A stretch of 64,000 nt of DNA, taken from sequence record OR437326.1. One strand, 5' to 3'. The position numbers and the translations under genes were made by a program. This stretch comes from Escherichia phage iGC_PHA_EC001. Of the stretch, positions 36,904-44,502 are shown piece after piece. The stretch's first letter is position 1, and each line of letters opens with the position of its first letter. Under the pieces are notes generated by a model, which searched no databases, was not told the origin of the DNA, and saw nothing but the letters and a program-made list of their open reading frames with translations.

Positions 36904-37012
36904 GGTGTCGCCCTTTCTTTGTTGTGCGCCCTGGTTGGCGCGGTAGAAAGATGATAGCCCTTTCCTTTATATATAGCAAGCAAAAAGAAAATAAAAAAGA
37001 TTGAAAAAGTGG

Positions 37013-37070
37013 TTGACGTTCGCCAGGTGGCGGCATAATATTTACCACGTAGCGCGGCAATGGTGCCGCT
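37013..37070 (+). promoter_or_regulatory. early promoter plus 5-prime stem-loop cassette 1
   Basis: ttgacg-N17-cataat then gcggcaatggtgccgc hairpin; RBS; ATG 37091. Confidence 0.6.
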
Positions 37071-37090
37071 CACTATTTGGAGTTAAGATC

Positions 37091-37288
37091 ATGGCAACAT
37101 TGCACATTGTGGCGAAAGCTGGACAAATCAACGTAATAGTAAACGGTTTTACTGAGTTCAGTCATCCCCAGGATGATCATGAAACGGTTTTATCTTTCAT
37201 TGATTCCCTGTTAGAAATGGGAGTCATTACAGAAGACCAGCACGCTACAAAATGCAAGCGCGTTAATCAAATTGCAGGGATAGAATAA
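37091..37288 (+). CDS. hypothetical protein (65 aa)
   Basis: Trimmed to MATLHIV downstream of cassette 1. Confidence 0.5.
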   Translation: MATLHIVAKAGQINVIVNGFTEFSHPQDDHETVLSFIDSLLEMGVITEDQHATKCKRVNQIAGIE

Positions 37289-37294
37289 AAAGTA

Positions 37295-37353
37295 TTGACA
37301 ACAAACAACAACCTGATAAGATGTATCACATAGGGCGGGAAGTGGTTTCCCGC
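37295..37353 (+). promoter_or_regulatory. early promoter plus 5-prime stem-loop cassette 2
   Basis: ttgaca..ctgataagatgtatcacata gggcgggaagtggtttcccgc; ATG 37379. Confidence 0.6.
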
Positions 37354-37378
37354 TCGTAACAGAAGAGAGATTATCATC

Positions 37379-37651
37379 ATGGCATCATATAGCGCAACAA
37401 TGATCGTAGCTGGCACAACTGGTAAACCTATGAGCGGTGTCGGATCTTTCGCTAATATCAATATTGACGGGCGTTTATCCCTGGACGCAGCGATTGCCAT
37501 TGCACGGGAAACATTTAAGAAAGAATGTAATTTCAACAAGCAAGATTATCTCGGTTTCGCTATTGAAAAAACCGCGCGCTTTGTTGATTATAAAAGCCCG
37601 AAAATGGTTGATACTACACTAAAAGCGCAAGATGTAGCGTTTTTGCTTTAA
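37379..37651 (+). CDS. hypothetical protein (90 aa)
   Basis: Follows cassette 2 with RBS agagagatt. Confidence 0.55.
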   Translation: MASYSATMIVAGTTGKPMSGVGSFANINIDGRLSLDAAIAIARETFKKECNFNKQDYLGFAIEKTARFVDYKSPKMVDTTLKAQDVAFLL

Positions 37652-37654
37652 GGC

Positions 37655-37710
37655 TTGACATTAACGAATAATTTGTTAATATGTTACATAAAGCGGGAAT
37701 AGTTCCCGCT
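37655..37710 (+). promoter_or_regulatory. early promoter plus 5-prime stem-loop cassette 3
   Basis: ttgaca-N17-taatat, gcgggaatagttcccgc; ATG 37728. Confidence 0.6.
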
Positions 37711-37727
37711 ATTTGTAAGGTGGTAGA

Positions 37728-37985
37728 ATGTTTTACATCAAATTAAAAGGTCACGTGATCGCGTTCAAAGATAACGCTTTTTACAGATTAGCAAAATATG
37801 CGTTAATACATCCCCACTATGTTTATATAAGGGGGCGTGACGAAATAAATATCTTTGATCAAACAACATGCGAAAACATCGAGATCCGCAAGGTTGGCGT
37901 ACGTGATTATCGTACATCTTTCTACCCTTGCAAGGATTCAGCAAGTCTTTTTAAGGTATGTCAATTGTTGAAAAAAGGTGGTTAA
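37728..37985 (+). CDS. hypothetical protein (85 aa)
   Basis: Follows cassette 3. Confidence 0.55.
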   Translation: MFYIKLKGHVIAFKDNAFYRLAKYALIHPHYVYIRGRDEINIFDQTTCENIEIRKVGVRDYRTSFYPCKDSASLFKVCQLLKKGG

Positions 37986-37986
37986 T

Positions 37987-38544
37987 ATGGGCCGCGAATA
38001 TGTGATCCAGTCTTGGGTAAAACATGAAGCAGATGATCCGCGCATCATTCCCGATCATCTTATCGATGAATCCACGGGATATAGCGGTGAGCAAATAGGT
38101 AACAGATTAGCACGTAGTAACGGCAACATAAAAGCGCGTTATGTGCGCCCTGGCTGGCTGGCAAATGGTAACGCTGATTTATCCAGTGCGGAAGATGCGA
38201 GCGACGGCGCGAAAGATAATCCTTTGTACAAAATTGATCCGGCTTTTCGTGTCCTGGATGAATACCCCAGCAAGATAGCGGCGCTTGATGAAGCATTGGA
38301 AAGTAAGCGCATCTCCTGGACCGCTTACAACATGGCAAAAAACGTACTTGATGGTAAATTGATTCAAGCTGAAAGAAAATTAGCCAAAATTGCAGCCATA
38401 GCCCAGGAGGAAGACGAGGAGACAACGGAAGAGGAAGAGTACGAAGAGATCCCGCCGTTGTTGTGTGTTGATGCTTTTCCTGATTATCAGCCGACAGAGG
38501 AAGAAAAAAGGATCGCACTAGAAAACTTTGAAAATAGTCTTTGA
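37987..38544 (+). CDS. hypothetical protein with acidic C-terminus
   Basis: Trimmed to MGREYVIQ (RBS aaaggtgg). Confidence 0.5.
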   Translation: MGREYVIQSWVKHEADDPRIIPDHLIDESTGYSGEQIGNRLARSNGNIKARYVRPGWLANGNADLSSAEDASDGAKDNPLYKIDPAFRVLDEYPSKIAALDEALESKRISWTAYNMAKNVLDGKLIQAERKLAKIAAIAQEEDEETTEEEEYEEIPPLLCVDAFPDYQPTEEEKRIALENFENSL

Positions 38545-38599
38545 CATATCGCCGCCACTGGCATAATATTTACCACGTAGGGCGGCAATGGTGCCGCTC
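38541..38599 (+). promoter_or_regulatory. early promoter plus 5-prime stem-loop cassette 4
   Basis: ttgaca-N17-cataat, gggcggcaatggtgccgctc. Confidence 0.6.
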
Positions 38600-38626
38600 A
38601 TAGTGAAATTATGCAAGAGGTTTACA

Positions 38627-38722
38627 ATGATTGATAAAGAAAATAGCTTGACGGTTGGAACGATTAACGCTATCATTCTTGCCGTTCCATTTTGGATTGT
38701 ATTAGCGGCTATTATTTTCTAA
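38627..38722 (+). CDS. small membrane peptide (31 aa)
   Basis: Own translation MIDKENSLTVGTINAIILAVPFWIVLAAIIF after cassette 4. Confidence 0.35.
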   Translation: MIDKENSLTVGTINAIILAVPFWIVLAAIIF

Positions 38723-38731
38723 AAAATATTC

Positions 38732-38792
38732 TTGACAACGTTTTTTAATCTGATAAGATGTATCACATAGGGCGGCGGAATACTTCCCCGCC
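38732..38792 (+). promoter_or_regulatory. early promoter plus 5-prime stem-loop cassette 5
   Basis: ttgaca..ctgataagatgtatcacata gggcggcggaatacttccccgcc; ATG 38814. Confidence 0.6.
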
Positions 38793-38813
38793 AAAACAAA
38801 AAAGGGTAACACA

Positions 38814-39176
38814 ATGAGCAAGCAAATCAATACTATCATGTTTAATCTGGTATCTTTCCGCGATGATATGAAAAATTTACCACGTGAAACGGTTGATATT
38901 CATGTTTCAGCTTATCGCGCCCTTATTGATATGTTACCGCTAAAACGTGATCAACATGCCGCTAATATGATGCTTAATGCTATGCTTAAAAAGATGATTC
39001 AAACGGATCTTACTCTGGCGTATGAGTATCAAGGGCGCTTATATGCTACTTACAACAAAGCGGTACCTGGTCTGGGAAGTACCGAAGAGTTGCACGGCTT
39101 AAACCTGGATCAAAACACTTGGGATAGTATGCGCCGCGTTATGGTATGGGCCGAAAGCGGTAAAATTTACGAATAA
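38814..39176 (+). CDS. hypothetical protein (120 aa)
   Basis: Follows cassette 5. Confidence 0.55.
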   Translation: MSKQINTIMFNLVSFRDDMKNLPRETVDIHVSAYRALIDMLPLKRDQHAANMMLNAMLKKMIQTDLTLAYEYQGRLYATYNKAVPGLGSTEELHGLNLDQNTWDSMRRVMVWAESGKIYE

Positions 39177-39182
39177 AAACGG

Positions 39183-39240
39183 TTGACACTGTTTAAAATT
39201 CTGGTATAGTTTATCACGTAGGGCGGCAATGGTGCCGCCA
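39183..39240 (+). promoter_or_regulatory. early promoter plus 5-prime stem-loop cassette 6
   Basis: ttgaca-N17-tatagt, gggcggcaatggtgccgcc. Confidence 0.6.
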
Positions 39241-39259
39241 ATAATGAAAGGTTAACATC

Positions 39260-39439
39260 ATGGCTATCATTGCAAAAACTGAGATTATAGGTTTAGATCC
39301 GATCCTCCTGGCTTATGAGGAAACTTTAAAAATGTATGTAGTGACCTATGGTGATTATGTGCGTGAATACGAATACATTGATCTTGCTTTCGAATGTTAC
39401 ATTCGCCAGGTCAATAAAGCCTATAACGATTATCGTTAA
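39260..39439 (+). CDS. hypothetical protein (59 aa)
   Basis: Own translation MAIIAKTEIIGLDPILLAYEETLKMYVV.. after cassette 6. Confidence 0.5.
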   Translation: MAIIAKTEIIGLDPILLAYEETLKMYVVTYGDYVREYEYIDLAFECYIRQVNKAYNDYR

Positions 39440-39450
39440 AAGTTTTAGTC

Positions 39451-39487
39451 TTATACTATTGACAATGAGTGATAGTATAAGCATAAT
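39451..39487 (+). promoter_or_regulatory. sigma70-like promoter with flanking 9-bp inverted repeat (operator-like), no stem-loop
   Basis: TTATACTAT-ttgacaatgagtg-ATAGTATAA then cataat; upstream of gene 39535. Confidence 0.45.
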
Positions 39488-39534
39488 AACTTTTATCGGG
39501 AATACTCCTAACTAATCAAAAGAGATTAAAGACT

Positions 39535-39900
39535 ATGGCTAAAAATATCAATGTTTCTGCTTATGCTACCCTGGCTAACACTGCTAAAATTGAACTATCC
39601 AGCATTGAAGCGGTACATATTAGCGCCCGTCGCTGGTTTCAAAAGTCTTATGGTAATACTTATTTCTCTTTGATGGTTGACGTTGAGATCGGCGGTAAAC
39701 TGATCGAAGTGGTTAACGTTCCGTTTCAATATGGCTATGGGGATCATTTTGATACCGTCGCCCTAGAAGAGTTTAGCAAGGTTATCAACCTGGAAGGTAA
39801 AGAGTTTTCAAATTATGCCTACCTTTCCCGTTTTTGCCGTGACAATGGGATCACTGTATACAGTCATGCGAGCGATGTAAAACGTAAAAAAGATTTATAA
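39535..39900 (+). CDS. hypothetical protein (121 aa)
   Basis: ORF-track ORF, RBS aaagag. Confidence 0.55.
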   Translation: MAKNINVSAYATLANTAKIELSSIEAVHISARRWFQKSYGNTYFSLMVDVEIGGKLIEVVNVPFQYGYGDHFDTVALEEFSKVINLEGKEFSNYAYLSRFCRDNGITVYSHASDVKRKKDL

Positions 39901-39905
39901 AAAGC

Positions 39906-39965
39906 ATTGACAGCACGAATAAAAAGAGTAAACTGTATTACATAGAGAGCGGGAACACTTCCCGC
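39906..39965 (+). promoter_or_regulatory. early promoter plus 5-prime stem-loop cassette 7
   Basis: ttgaca..gtaaactgtattacata, gcgggaacacttcccgc; ATG 39990. Confidence 0.6.
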
Positions 39966-39989
39966 CTCACTGAAAAAGAGAGAAAAATC

Positions 39990-40229
39990 ATGGCTAAATC
40001 TAAAATGTACAACGGTCACAAAAACAAAACTCATTGGAATGTAAGCCTTTGGATTAATAACGATGAATCGTTATACCGGTTGGCCCAAGATTTTATTAAC
40101 GCTAATGCTAATCGTAATGATGCGGCGCGGGATATGATGCTTTTTCTGGAACAAACTGGACAAGATAAAACGCCAGACGGTTTCAAATATAGCACTACTG
40201 CGATCCGTGCCGCGATGGTTGGAATGTAA
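39990..40229 (+). CDS. hypothetical protein (79 aa)
   Basis: Follows cassette 7. Confidence 0.55.
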   Translation: MAKSKMYNGHKNKTHWNVSLWINNDESLYRLAQDFINANANRNDAARDMMLFLEQTGQDKTPDGFKYSTTAIRAAMVGM

Positions 40230-40238
40230 TAAAAACAG

Positions 40239-40298
40239 TTGACAACGTTTAAAATTAGTGTAAGATGTATCACATAGGGCGGGAAGTGGTTTCCCGCC
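40239..40298 (+). promoter_or_regulatory. early promoter plus 5-prime stem-loop cassette 8
   Basis: ttgaca..gtaagatgtatcacata gggcgggaagtggtttcccgcc; ATG 40320. Confidence 0.6.
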
Positions 40299-40319
40299 AA
40301 AACAGAGAGATTAAAGATT

Positions 40320-40547
40320 ATGGCTATCAATATTGTTCGCGTATCCGGCACCGTTGGCACTTCCCAGGTTATTGCAGTTGTAACAAACAAAAAGATTAAT
40401 GATGTATGTGAGATCTTGAATAAGTGGGCTATTGCTAATTTTGGGGAATATGCAAGCGTCGAGTACATCGAATCCTACCAGGTGCCAACCATCAGCCTAA
40501 CCGATCTCAACGTTGATCGCCTGTTATGCCTGGATGAATTGATCTGA
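40320..40547 (+). CDS. hypothetical protein (75 aa)
   Basis: Follows cassette 8. Confidence 0.55.
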   Translation: MAINIVRVSGTVGTSQVIAVVTNKKINDVCEILNKWAIANFGEYASVEYIESYQVPTISLTDLNVDRLLCLDELI

Positions 40548-40556
40548 AAAAGATTG

Positions 40557-40614
40557 TTGACACCGGAAAGAAAAAGAGTAAACTGTATTACGTAGGGCGG
40601 CAATGGTGCCGCTC
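40557..40614 (+). promoter_or_regulatory. early promoter plus 5-prime stem-loop cassette 9
   Basis: ttgaca..gtaaactgtattacgta gggcggcaatggtgccgctc; ATG 40638. Confidence 0.6.
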
Positions 40615-40637
40615 ACAACAAAAGAGAGATTATTACG

Positions 40638-40850
40638 ATGGCTAATATCCGCACACTGTTAAAAAATGCAAGTCAAGTTTTATTTTCTGATCACGATCAT
40701 TTTAATAAAGATATTACAGGCGTGAAGAATATCAAAGATGTAAAAAGTGTTATGGGTATATATTGCAATGTTAAACGTGTTGGAACTTTCGGTGATAAAG
40801 TATTGTACCAATCAGGGGATTACAATTTTACTTTGACAATTATTTCATAA
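40638..40850 (+). CDS. hypothetical protein (70 aa)
   Basis: Follows cassette 9. Confidence 0.55.
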   Translation: MANIRTLLKNASQVLFSDHDHFNKDITGVKNIKDVKSVMGIYCNVKRVGTFGDKVLYQSGDYNFTLTIIS

Positions 40851-40856
40851 AACCGC

Positions 40857-40918
40857 TTGCAATCTTAATAAAATAAAGTAAACTGTATTACATCAAGGCG
40901 GCGGAATGGTCCACCGCC
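40857..40918 (+). promoter_or_regulatory. early promoter plus 5-prime stem-loop cassette 10
   Basis: ttgcaa..gtaaactgtattacatca ggcggcggaatggtccaccgcc; ATG 40943. Confidence 0.55.
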
Positions 40919-40942
40919 TAACAAAGAGAAGAGGAAAATATC

Positions 40943-41164
40943 ATGATCACTTTCGCTATTGTCGCCGTTGTCGCTGGTCAGGTTTACGTAAACGATACAT
41001 TCACCACAGAAGACAAGGCCGCAGGAGACATAACCGCCGTTTACAACGAGTGCAAGGCAGTAGAAAGGATGTTAGCGCCTTGTATGTTAATGAGTGAACG
41101 CCAGGACGGGATAACAGTGTTTACTAACATTGAAACAGGGTACCAAATGGTAGTAACAAAATAA
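40943..41164 (+). CDS. hypothetical protein (73 aa)
   Basis: Follows cassette 10. Confidence 0.55.
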   Translation: MITFAIVAVVAGQVYVNDTFTTEDKAAGDITAVYNECKAVERMLAPCMLMSERQDGITVFTNIETGYQMVVTK

Positions 41165-41167
41165 AGC

Positions 41168-41224
41168 TTGACACGGATTTAATTTTCAGTAAACTGTTAC
41201 ACGTAGGGCGGGAATAGTTCCCGC
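41168..41224 (+). promoter_or_regulatory. early promoter plus 5-prime stem-loop cassette 11
   Basis: ttgaca..gtaaactgttacacgta gggcgggaatagttcccgc; ATG 41243. Confidence 0.6.
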
Positions 41225-41242
41225 TAAAAAGAGAGAAAGACC

Positions 41243-41596
41243 ATGAAAGCACAAAATGCAATTAAAGAGTACATCCTTGCCGCTATCGATTTTAATGATT
41301 ACGGTATTACAACCGAAAAAGAGAAGATCGCGGAATTGATGCGCCGTTTTAATTCCGAGTACTGGTACCCTGATAATCAATCACGTTTTAATTATAGTAT
41401 TGTTAAAGCACTTGCATCATGGTTACAAGGCTTGCCATCAGATATTAACATAGCTTTCGAATATTGGGAAATTGATCGTTTGTTAACATCCTGGGGATAC
41501 ATTAAAGAGAATAGCAGCGATGATAAAATCCAACGAGAAAGGGAAAATTATTGGCTTTATATTGCAGGCGTGATCCTTGCTTGCTCTTATGAATGA
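41243..41596 (+). CDS. hypothetical protein (117 aa)
   Basis: Follows cassette 11. Confidence 0.55.
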   Translation: MKAQNAIKEYILAAIDFNDYGITTEKEKIAELMRRFNSEYWYPDNQSRFNYSIVKALASWLQGLPSDINIAFEYWEIDRLLTSWGYIKENSSDDKIQRERENYWLYIAGVILACSYE

Positions 41597-41602
41597 TAAA
41601 CC

Positions 41603-41657
41603 TTGACAATTTTACAAAACAGTTTAAATTAATAATATAGCGGCAATGGTGCCGCTC
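41603..41657 (+). promoter_or_regulatory. early promoter plus 5-prime stem-loop cassette 12
   Basis: ttgaca-N17-taatat, gcggcaatggtgccgctc; ATG 41676. Confidence 0.55.
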
Positions 41658-41675
41658 ATATAAAGAGGAAACAAA

Positions 41676-41822
41676 ATGAATACATCTAATCGCGCAGAAA
41701 AAATTCAATCTTCCAAGATCCGCAAGGCCTGGAACGAGGAAGTGATCCGCAAAGGCGACAAGCGTAATAAAACAAAGCGCGGGAAGAGTGACAAATATAA
41801 TTGGATGGATTTAGAGGATTAA
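41676..41822 (+). CDS. small basic protein (48 aa)
   Basis: Own translation MNTSNRAEKIQSSKIRKAWNEEVIRKGDKRNKTKRGKSDKYNWMDLED after cassette 12. Confidence 0.45.
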   Translation: MNTSNRAEKIQSSKIRKAWNEEVIRKGDKRNKTKRGKSDKYNWMDLED

Positions 41823-41829
41823 CATAACA

Positions 41830-41858
41830 AGGGCGCACCAAGCGCCCTTTCTTTTTAC
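41830..41858 (+). terminator. rho-independent terminator (repeated hairpin family, copy 1)
   Basis: agggcgcaccaagcgccct followed by ttctttttac. Confidence 0.65.
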
Positions 41859-41877
41859 ATGTAGAGGATAAACAAAA

Positions 41878-42063
41878 ATGACTTTAAACGAGCTTAAAAC
41901 AGCCTACAACGCAACATTAAAAATAGCCGTGCGTTACCGTGACGAATACGGTTTTATTGCGCAGGGCGTTATCCTGGGCTTTTCTGACGATGGTTTGATC
42001 TATGTTGATGCACATCACAACAAGGTTAAACCGGAAAACGTTATCAGTATAAAATATCTTTAA
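41878..42063 (+). CDS. hypothetical protein (61 aa)
   Basis: ORF-track ORF, RBS agaggataa. Confidence 0.45.
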   Translation: MTLNELKTAYNATLKIAVRYRDEYGFIAQGVILGFSDDGLIYVDAHHNKVKPENVISIKYL

Positions 42064-42068
42064 AAGTG

Positions 42069-42128
42069 GTTGACACCATAACCGGACCTGTTAAACTGTA
42101 TTACATCAGGCGGGGAATAGTTCCCACC
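42069..42128 (+). promoter_or_regulatory. early promoter plus 5-prime stem-loop cassette 13
   Basis: ttgaca..gttaaactgtattacatca ggcggggaatagttcccacc; ATG 42148. Confidence 0.55.
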
Positions 42129-42147
42129 ATACAAAAAGGTAAATATT

Positions 42148-42354
42148 ATGATCACCGCAAAACAAGAAAAAATCATTATCGACGTTGCAGCCGTAGCCGC
42201 TATTGCTATTATCGGTACCTACTATGACACCGCGCGTCCTTCCTCCTTGCATGAGATCGCCGCCGTTGCATCAGTTGGCGTACTGTTTTACGTTGGTAAA
42301 CGCTATTTATCACCAATGATTAACAAGCTGACACCGTGGAAAAATAAAGGTTGA
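42148..42354 (+). CDS. small membrane protein (68 aa)
   Basis: Hydrophobic segment AAVAAIAIIGTYY; follows cassette 13. Confidence 0.5.
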   Translation: MITAKQEKIIIDVAAVAAIAIIGTYYDTARPSSLHEIAAVASVGVLFYVGKRYLSPMINKLTPWKNKG

Positions 42355-42405
42355 TCCTGTTTTATATTGTGTTATAGTTATCGTGTAGGGCGGCAATGGT
42401 GCCGC
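42351..42405 (+). promoter_or_regulatory. early promoter plus 5-prime stem-loop cassette 14
   Basis: ttgatc..ttatagttatcgtgta gggcggcaatggtgccgc; ATG 42426. Confidence 0.5.
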
Positions 42406-42425
42406 GCCCCTTTGAGGATGCAATC

Positions 42426-42710
42426 ATGAGTAAAGCTAACACCGTGCTAATGTTTTCCCTGATTAATGATCCCGCTTACTTGTCCAACATGACGCAGGAG
42501 GGTAACACATTAACGGCAACATTCACCAATAAGCTTGACCGAGTGATCATCATCTCACTGAAAACAGTTAGTAAAGGCTTTTACTCGTTAGCTTATCATT
42601 GGATCACTGATACCGATGAGACAAGCCAGGACTATAGCGCCCCTTTCCCTGAATCAATGGCACGGGAGATCATCGCCGCCGTTGTAAATGATGGTTTGTT
42701 TACTGGATAA
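42426..42710 (+). CDS. hypothetical protein (94 aa)
   Basis: Trimmed to MSKANTVLMF after cassette 14. Confidence 0.5.
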   Translation: MSKANTVLMFSLINDPAYLSNMTQEGNTLTATFTNKLDRVIIISLKTVSKGFYSLAYHWITDTDETSQDYSAPFPESMAREIIAAVVNDGLFTG

Positions 42711-42728
42711 AATAATTCAGAAAAAGGC

Positions 42729-42785
42729 TTGCAATCATTTTGGGATAATGTATATTTAATGCATAGGGCGGCGGGAATAGTTCCC
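42729..42785 (+). promoter_or_regulatory. early promoter plus 5-prime stem-loop cassette 15
   Basis: ttgcaa-N17-tatatt..gcata gggcggcgggaatagttccc; ATG 42809. Confidence 0.5.
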
Positions 42786-42808
42786 AAAGCAAACGAGAGG
42801 ATTACACG

Positions 42809-42928
42809 ATGAGCAAGTACACAGTAGAATACACGGTAGAGAATCCGGCAGTATCCGAAGGTAAAAAGATGACATTTGCCATCAGTATAATCGCTTTCGT
42901 TGTCACTATCTTATCAATCATCTTATAA
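42809..42928 (+). CDS. small membrane peptide (39 aa)
   Basis: Own translation MSKYTVEYTVENPAVSEGKKMTFAISIIAFVVTILSIIL. Confidence 0.4.
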   Translation: MSKYTVEYTVENPAVSEGKKMTFAISIIAFVVTILSIIL

Positions 42929-42938
42929 GGTGCACACC

Positions 42939-43100
42939 ATGAAAACAACAGATATTATCAAAGAGATCGCCCTTGCCGCTGACGTTGAGATCGAGGAAGT
43001 GATCGCGCTCAATCTTACAGAAAACGATCTGCGCAACTATGAAGCGGAAAGCGTGAAAGCAAGTGGCGCGGTCCTGGCATATAATCCGGCTAACAAATAG
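42939..43100 (+). CDS. hypothetical protein (53 aa)
   Basis: Trimmed to MKTTDIIKEIA. Confidence 0.4.
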   Translation: MKTTDIIKEIALAADVEIEEVIALNLTENDLRNYEAESVKASGAVLAYNPANK

Positions 43101-43101
43101 T

Positions 43102-43159
43102 TTGACAAGCTGAATCAACCTGATAAGATGTATCACATAGGGGCGACAAGCGCCCCGCC
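43102..43159 (+). promoter_or_regulatory. early promoter plus 5-prime stem-loop cassette 16
   Basis: ttgaca..ctgataagatgtatcacata ggggcgacaagcgccccgcc; ATG 43181. Confidence 0.6.
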
Positions 43160-43180
43160 TAACAGAAGAGAGAAAAAATC

Positions 43181-43459
43181 ATGACCATCGTTAAATTAAC
43201 AACCGAAGAAATGAAAACAATGTTAACCACTAATTTACAAAATTGGAAAATTGGTGTTGACGTTGAAACAGTGTGCAAGTTGAACGACAAACTAACACCG
43301 GACGACATTGAAACGATCATCCGTGCAGATTTCTATGATGCTTTATACGATGATTCCACAGTCCTTGAAACGATGTTGGATAACGCTTGGATCAATCCCG
43401 ATTTGGCGGCTTATGGTCATCTTGCCTTTGAAGCCATCCATAATGTTTATAATCGTTAA
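43181..43459 (+). CDS. hypothetical protein (92 aa)
   Basis: Follows cassette 16. Confidence 0.55.
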   Translation: MTIVKLTTEEMKTMLTTNLQNWKIGVDVETVCKLNDKLTPDDIETIIRADFYDALYDDSTVLETMLDNAWINPDLAAYGHLAFEAIHNVYNR

Positions 43460-43469
43460 GGGGGATAAC

Positions 43470-43580
43470 ATGAATCCGAAAGATATGCAAGCATGGAAAG
43501 GGTACGACGATCTAAGCGCCTTGCGCAATAAGTCAAGCCGTAACCTTAGACGGTTGGAAGCAAAGAAAAAGAAAAAATAG
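43470..43580 (+). CDS. small basic protein (36 aa)
   Basis: MNPKDMQAWKGYDDLSALRNKSSRNLRRLEAKKKKK with RBS aagggggat. Confidence 0.4.
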   Translation: MNPKDMQAWKGYDDLSALRNKSSRNLRRLEAKKKKK

Positions 43581-43581
43581 T

Positions 43582-43640
43582 TTGACAAGTCCGCCTAGTC
43601 TGATAATATGTATCTTGTAGGGCGGCAATGGTGCCGCTCA
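43582..43640 (+). promoter_or_regulatory. early promoter plus 5-prime stem-loop cassette 17
   Basis: ttgaca..ctgataatatgtatcttgta gggcggcaatggtgccgctc; ATG 43659. Confidence 0.6.
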
Positions 43641-43658
43641 CAAGAAGAGAGAAAAATC

Positions 43659-43943
43659 ATGAAAATAACAAAAAGCCTAACTAATTATGCAGCACGTCGC
43701 GGATTATGTTTAACCGTTGAAAACTTAGGGAAAGAAGACTTTTTGTGTTTTTGGGAGCTTGAAAATGATTGCGAGTGGATGTTTTCTTATTCTATCTGCG
43801 AAGATCAAAACGGTTGTTTGTTAACCTGGCGCGGTAATATCTATTTACCGGAAGAAATCAAAGAGGAACTACCAGGCACGATCATGACTGAGAAACAGCT
43901 TAAGGAAGTGATCAATTTTGTAGGGCAAAACATTAAAAAATAA
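43659..43943 (+). CDS. hypothetical protein (94 aa)
   Basis: Trimmed to MKITKSLTNY after cassette 17. Confidence 0.55.
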   Translation: MKITKSLTNYAARRGLCLTVENLGKEDFLCFWELENDCEWMFSYSICEDQNGCLLTWRGNIYLPEEIKEELPGTIMTEKQLKEVINFVGQNIKK

Positions 43944-43947
43944 TAAT

Positions 43948-44011
43948 TTGACAGTAGGCAAACAACGTAGTAAAGTTTATTACATAGAGCGGCGGAATGG
44001 TCCACCGCTCA
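43948..44011 (+). promoter_or_regulatory. early promoter plus 5-prime stem-loop cassette 18
   Basis: ttgaca..gtaaagtttattacata gagcggcggaatggtccaccgctc; cassette ATG at 44031 opens only an 11-codon frame. Confidence 0.55.
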
Positions 44012-44050
44012 CAACAGAAGAGAAACAAATCATGATCCCGACTATGTTTT

Positions 44051-44362
44051 ATGTATCGCGCAAAGGTTAATCTCGTTGGTTATCTGACAGATGAAACTAT
44101 CCGTAAAAATTGGCGTAATGCTGATTTACTGGCTTGCTTATTGATTAATAGTGTCGCTGATGCTTTCCAGTGTGAAACAGCCGAGAGCCTGGAGGCAAAC
44201 TTGTTCGACAATATGGATCAAGCCATTGAAACCTATATTCAATCAAATTTAGATAGCTGGAACAGTAAAACATGGCCTGACAGCTTACGCGATACAACTG
44301 ATCAACTGATCCGCCTTGCCCTGATGGTTGAACGCGATAACGTTTACAACCGCACAAAGTAA
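44051..44362 (+). CDS. hypothetical protein (103 aa); start ambiguous (possible frameshift relative to cassette ATG at 44031)
   Basis: ORF-track ORF; the RBS-positioned ATG at 44031 is in another frame. Confidence 0.45.
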   Translation: MYRAKVNLVGYLTDETIRKNWRNADLLACLLINSVADAFQCETAESLEANLFDNMDQAIETYIQSNLDSWNSKTWPDSLRDTTDQLIRLALMVERDNVYNRTK

Positions 44363-44371
44363 GATTGTACA

Positions 44372-44395
44372 AGGGGCGCACTAAGCGCCCTTTAA
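44372..44395 (+). terminator. terminator hairpin (repeated family, copy 2)
   Basis: aggggcgcactaagcgccctt then tt. Confidence 0.55.
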
Positions 44396-44421
44396 CGTAA
44401 AGAAATGTAAATAATGCGCTA

Positions 44422-44457
44422 TCCCCTATTGACAGGGGATCGGCGTTATATTATATT
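44422..44457 (+). promoter_or_regulatory. sigma70-like promoter with palindrome over -35
   Basis: tcccctaTTGACAgggga-..-tatatt; precedes gene 44503. Confidence 0.45.
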
Positions 44458-44502
44458 TAACTCACTGGCAGCAAACAACGAAACGAAACAAAGGACAACA
44501 CC

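Noticed and set aside
37000-44100. CRISPR array interpretation of the regularly spaced conserved hairpin repeats
   Set aside because: Repeat spacing is 250-400 bp with protein-coding genes between copies, repeat units are degenerate and each is preceded by a promoter; not a repeat-spacer array.
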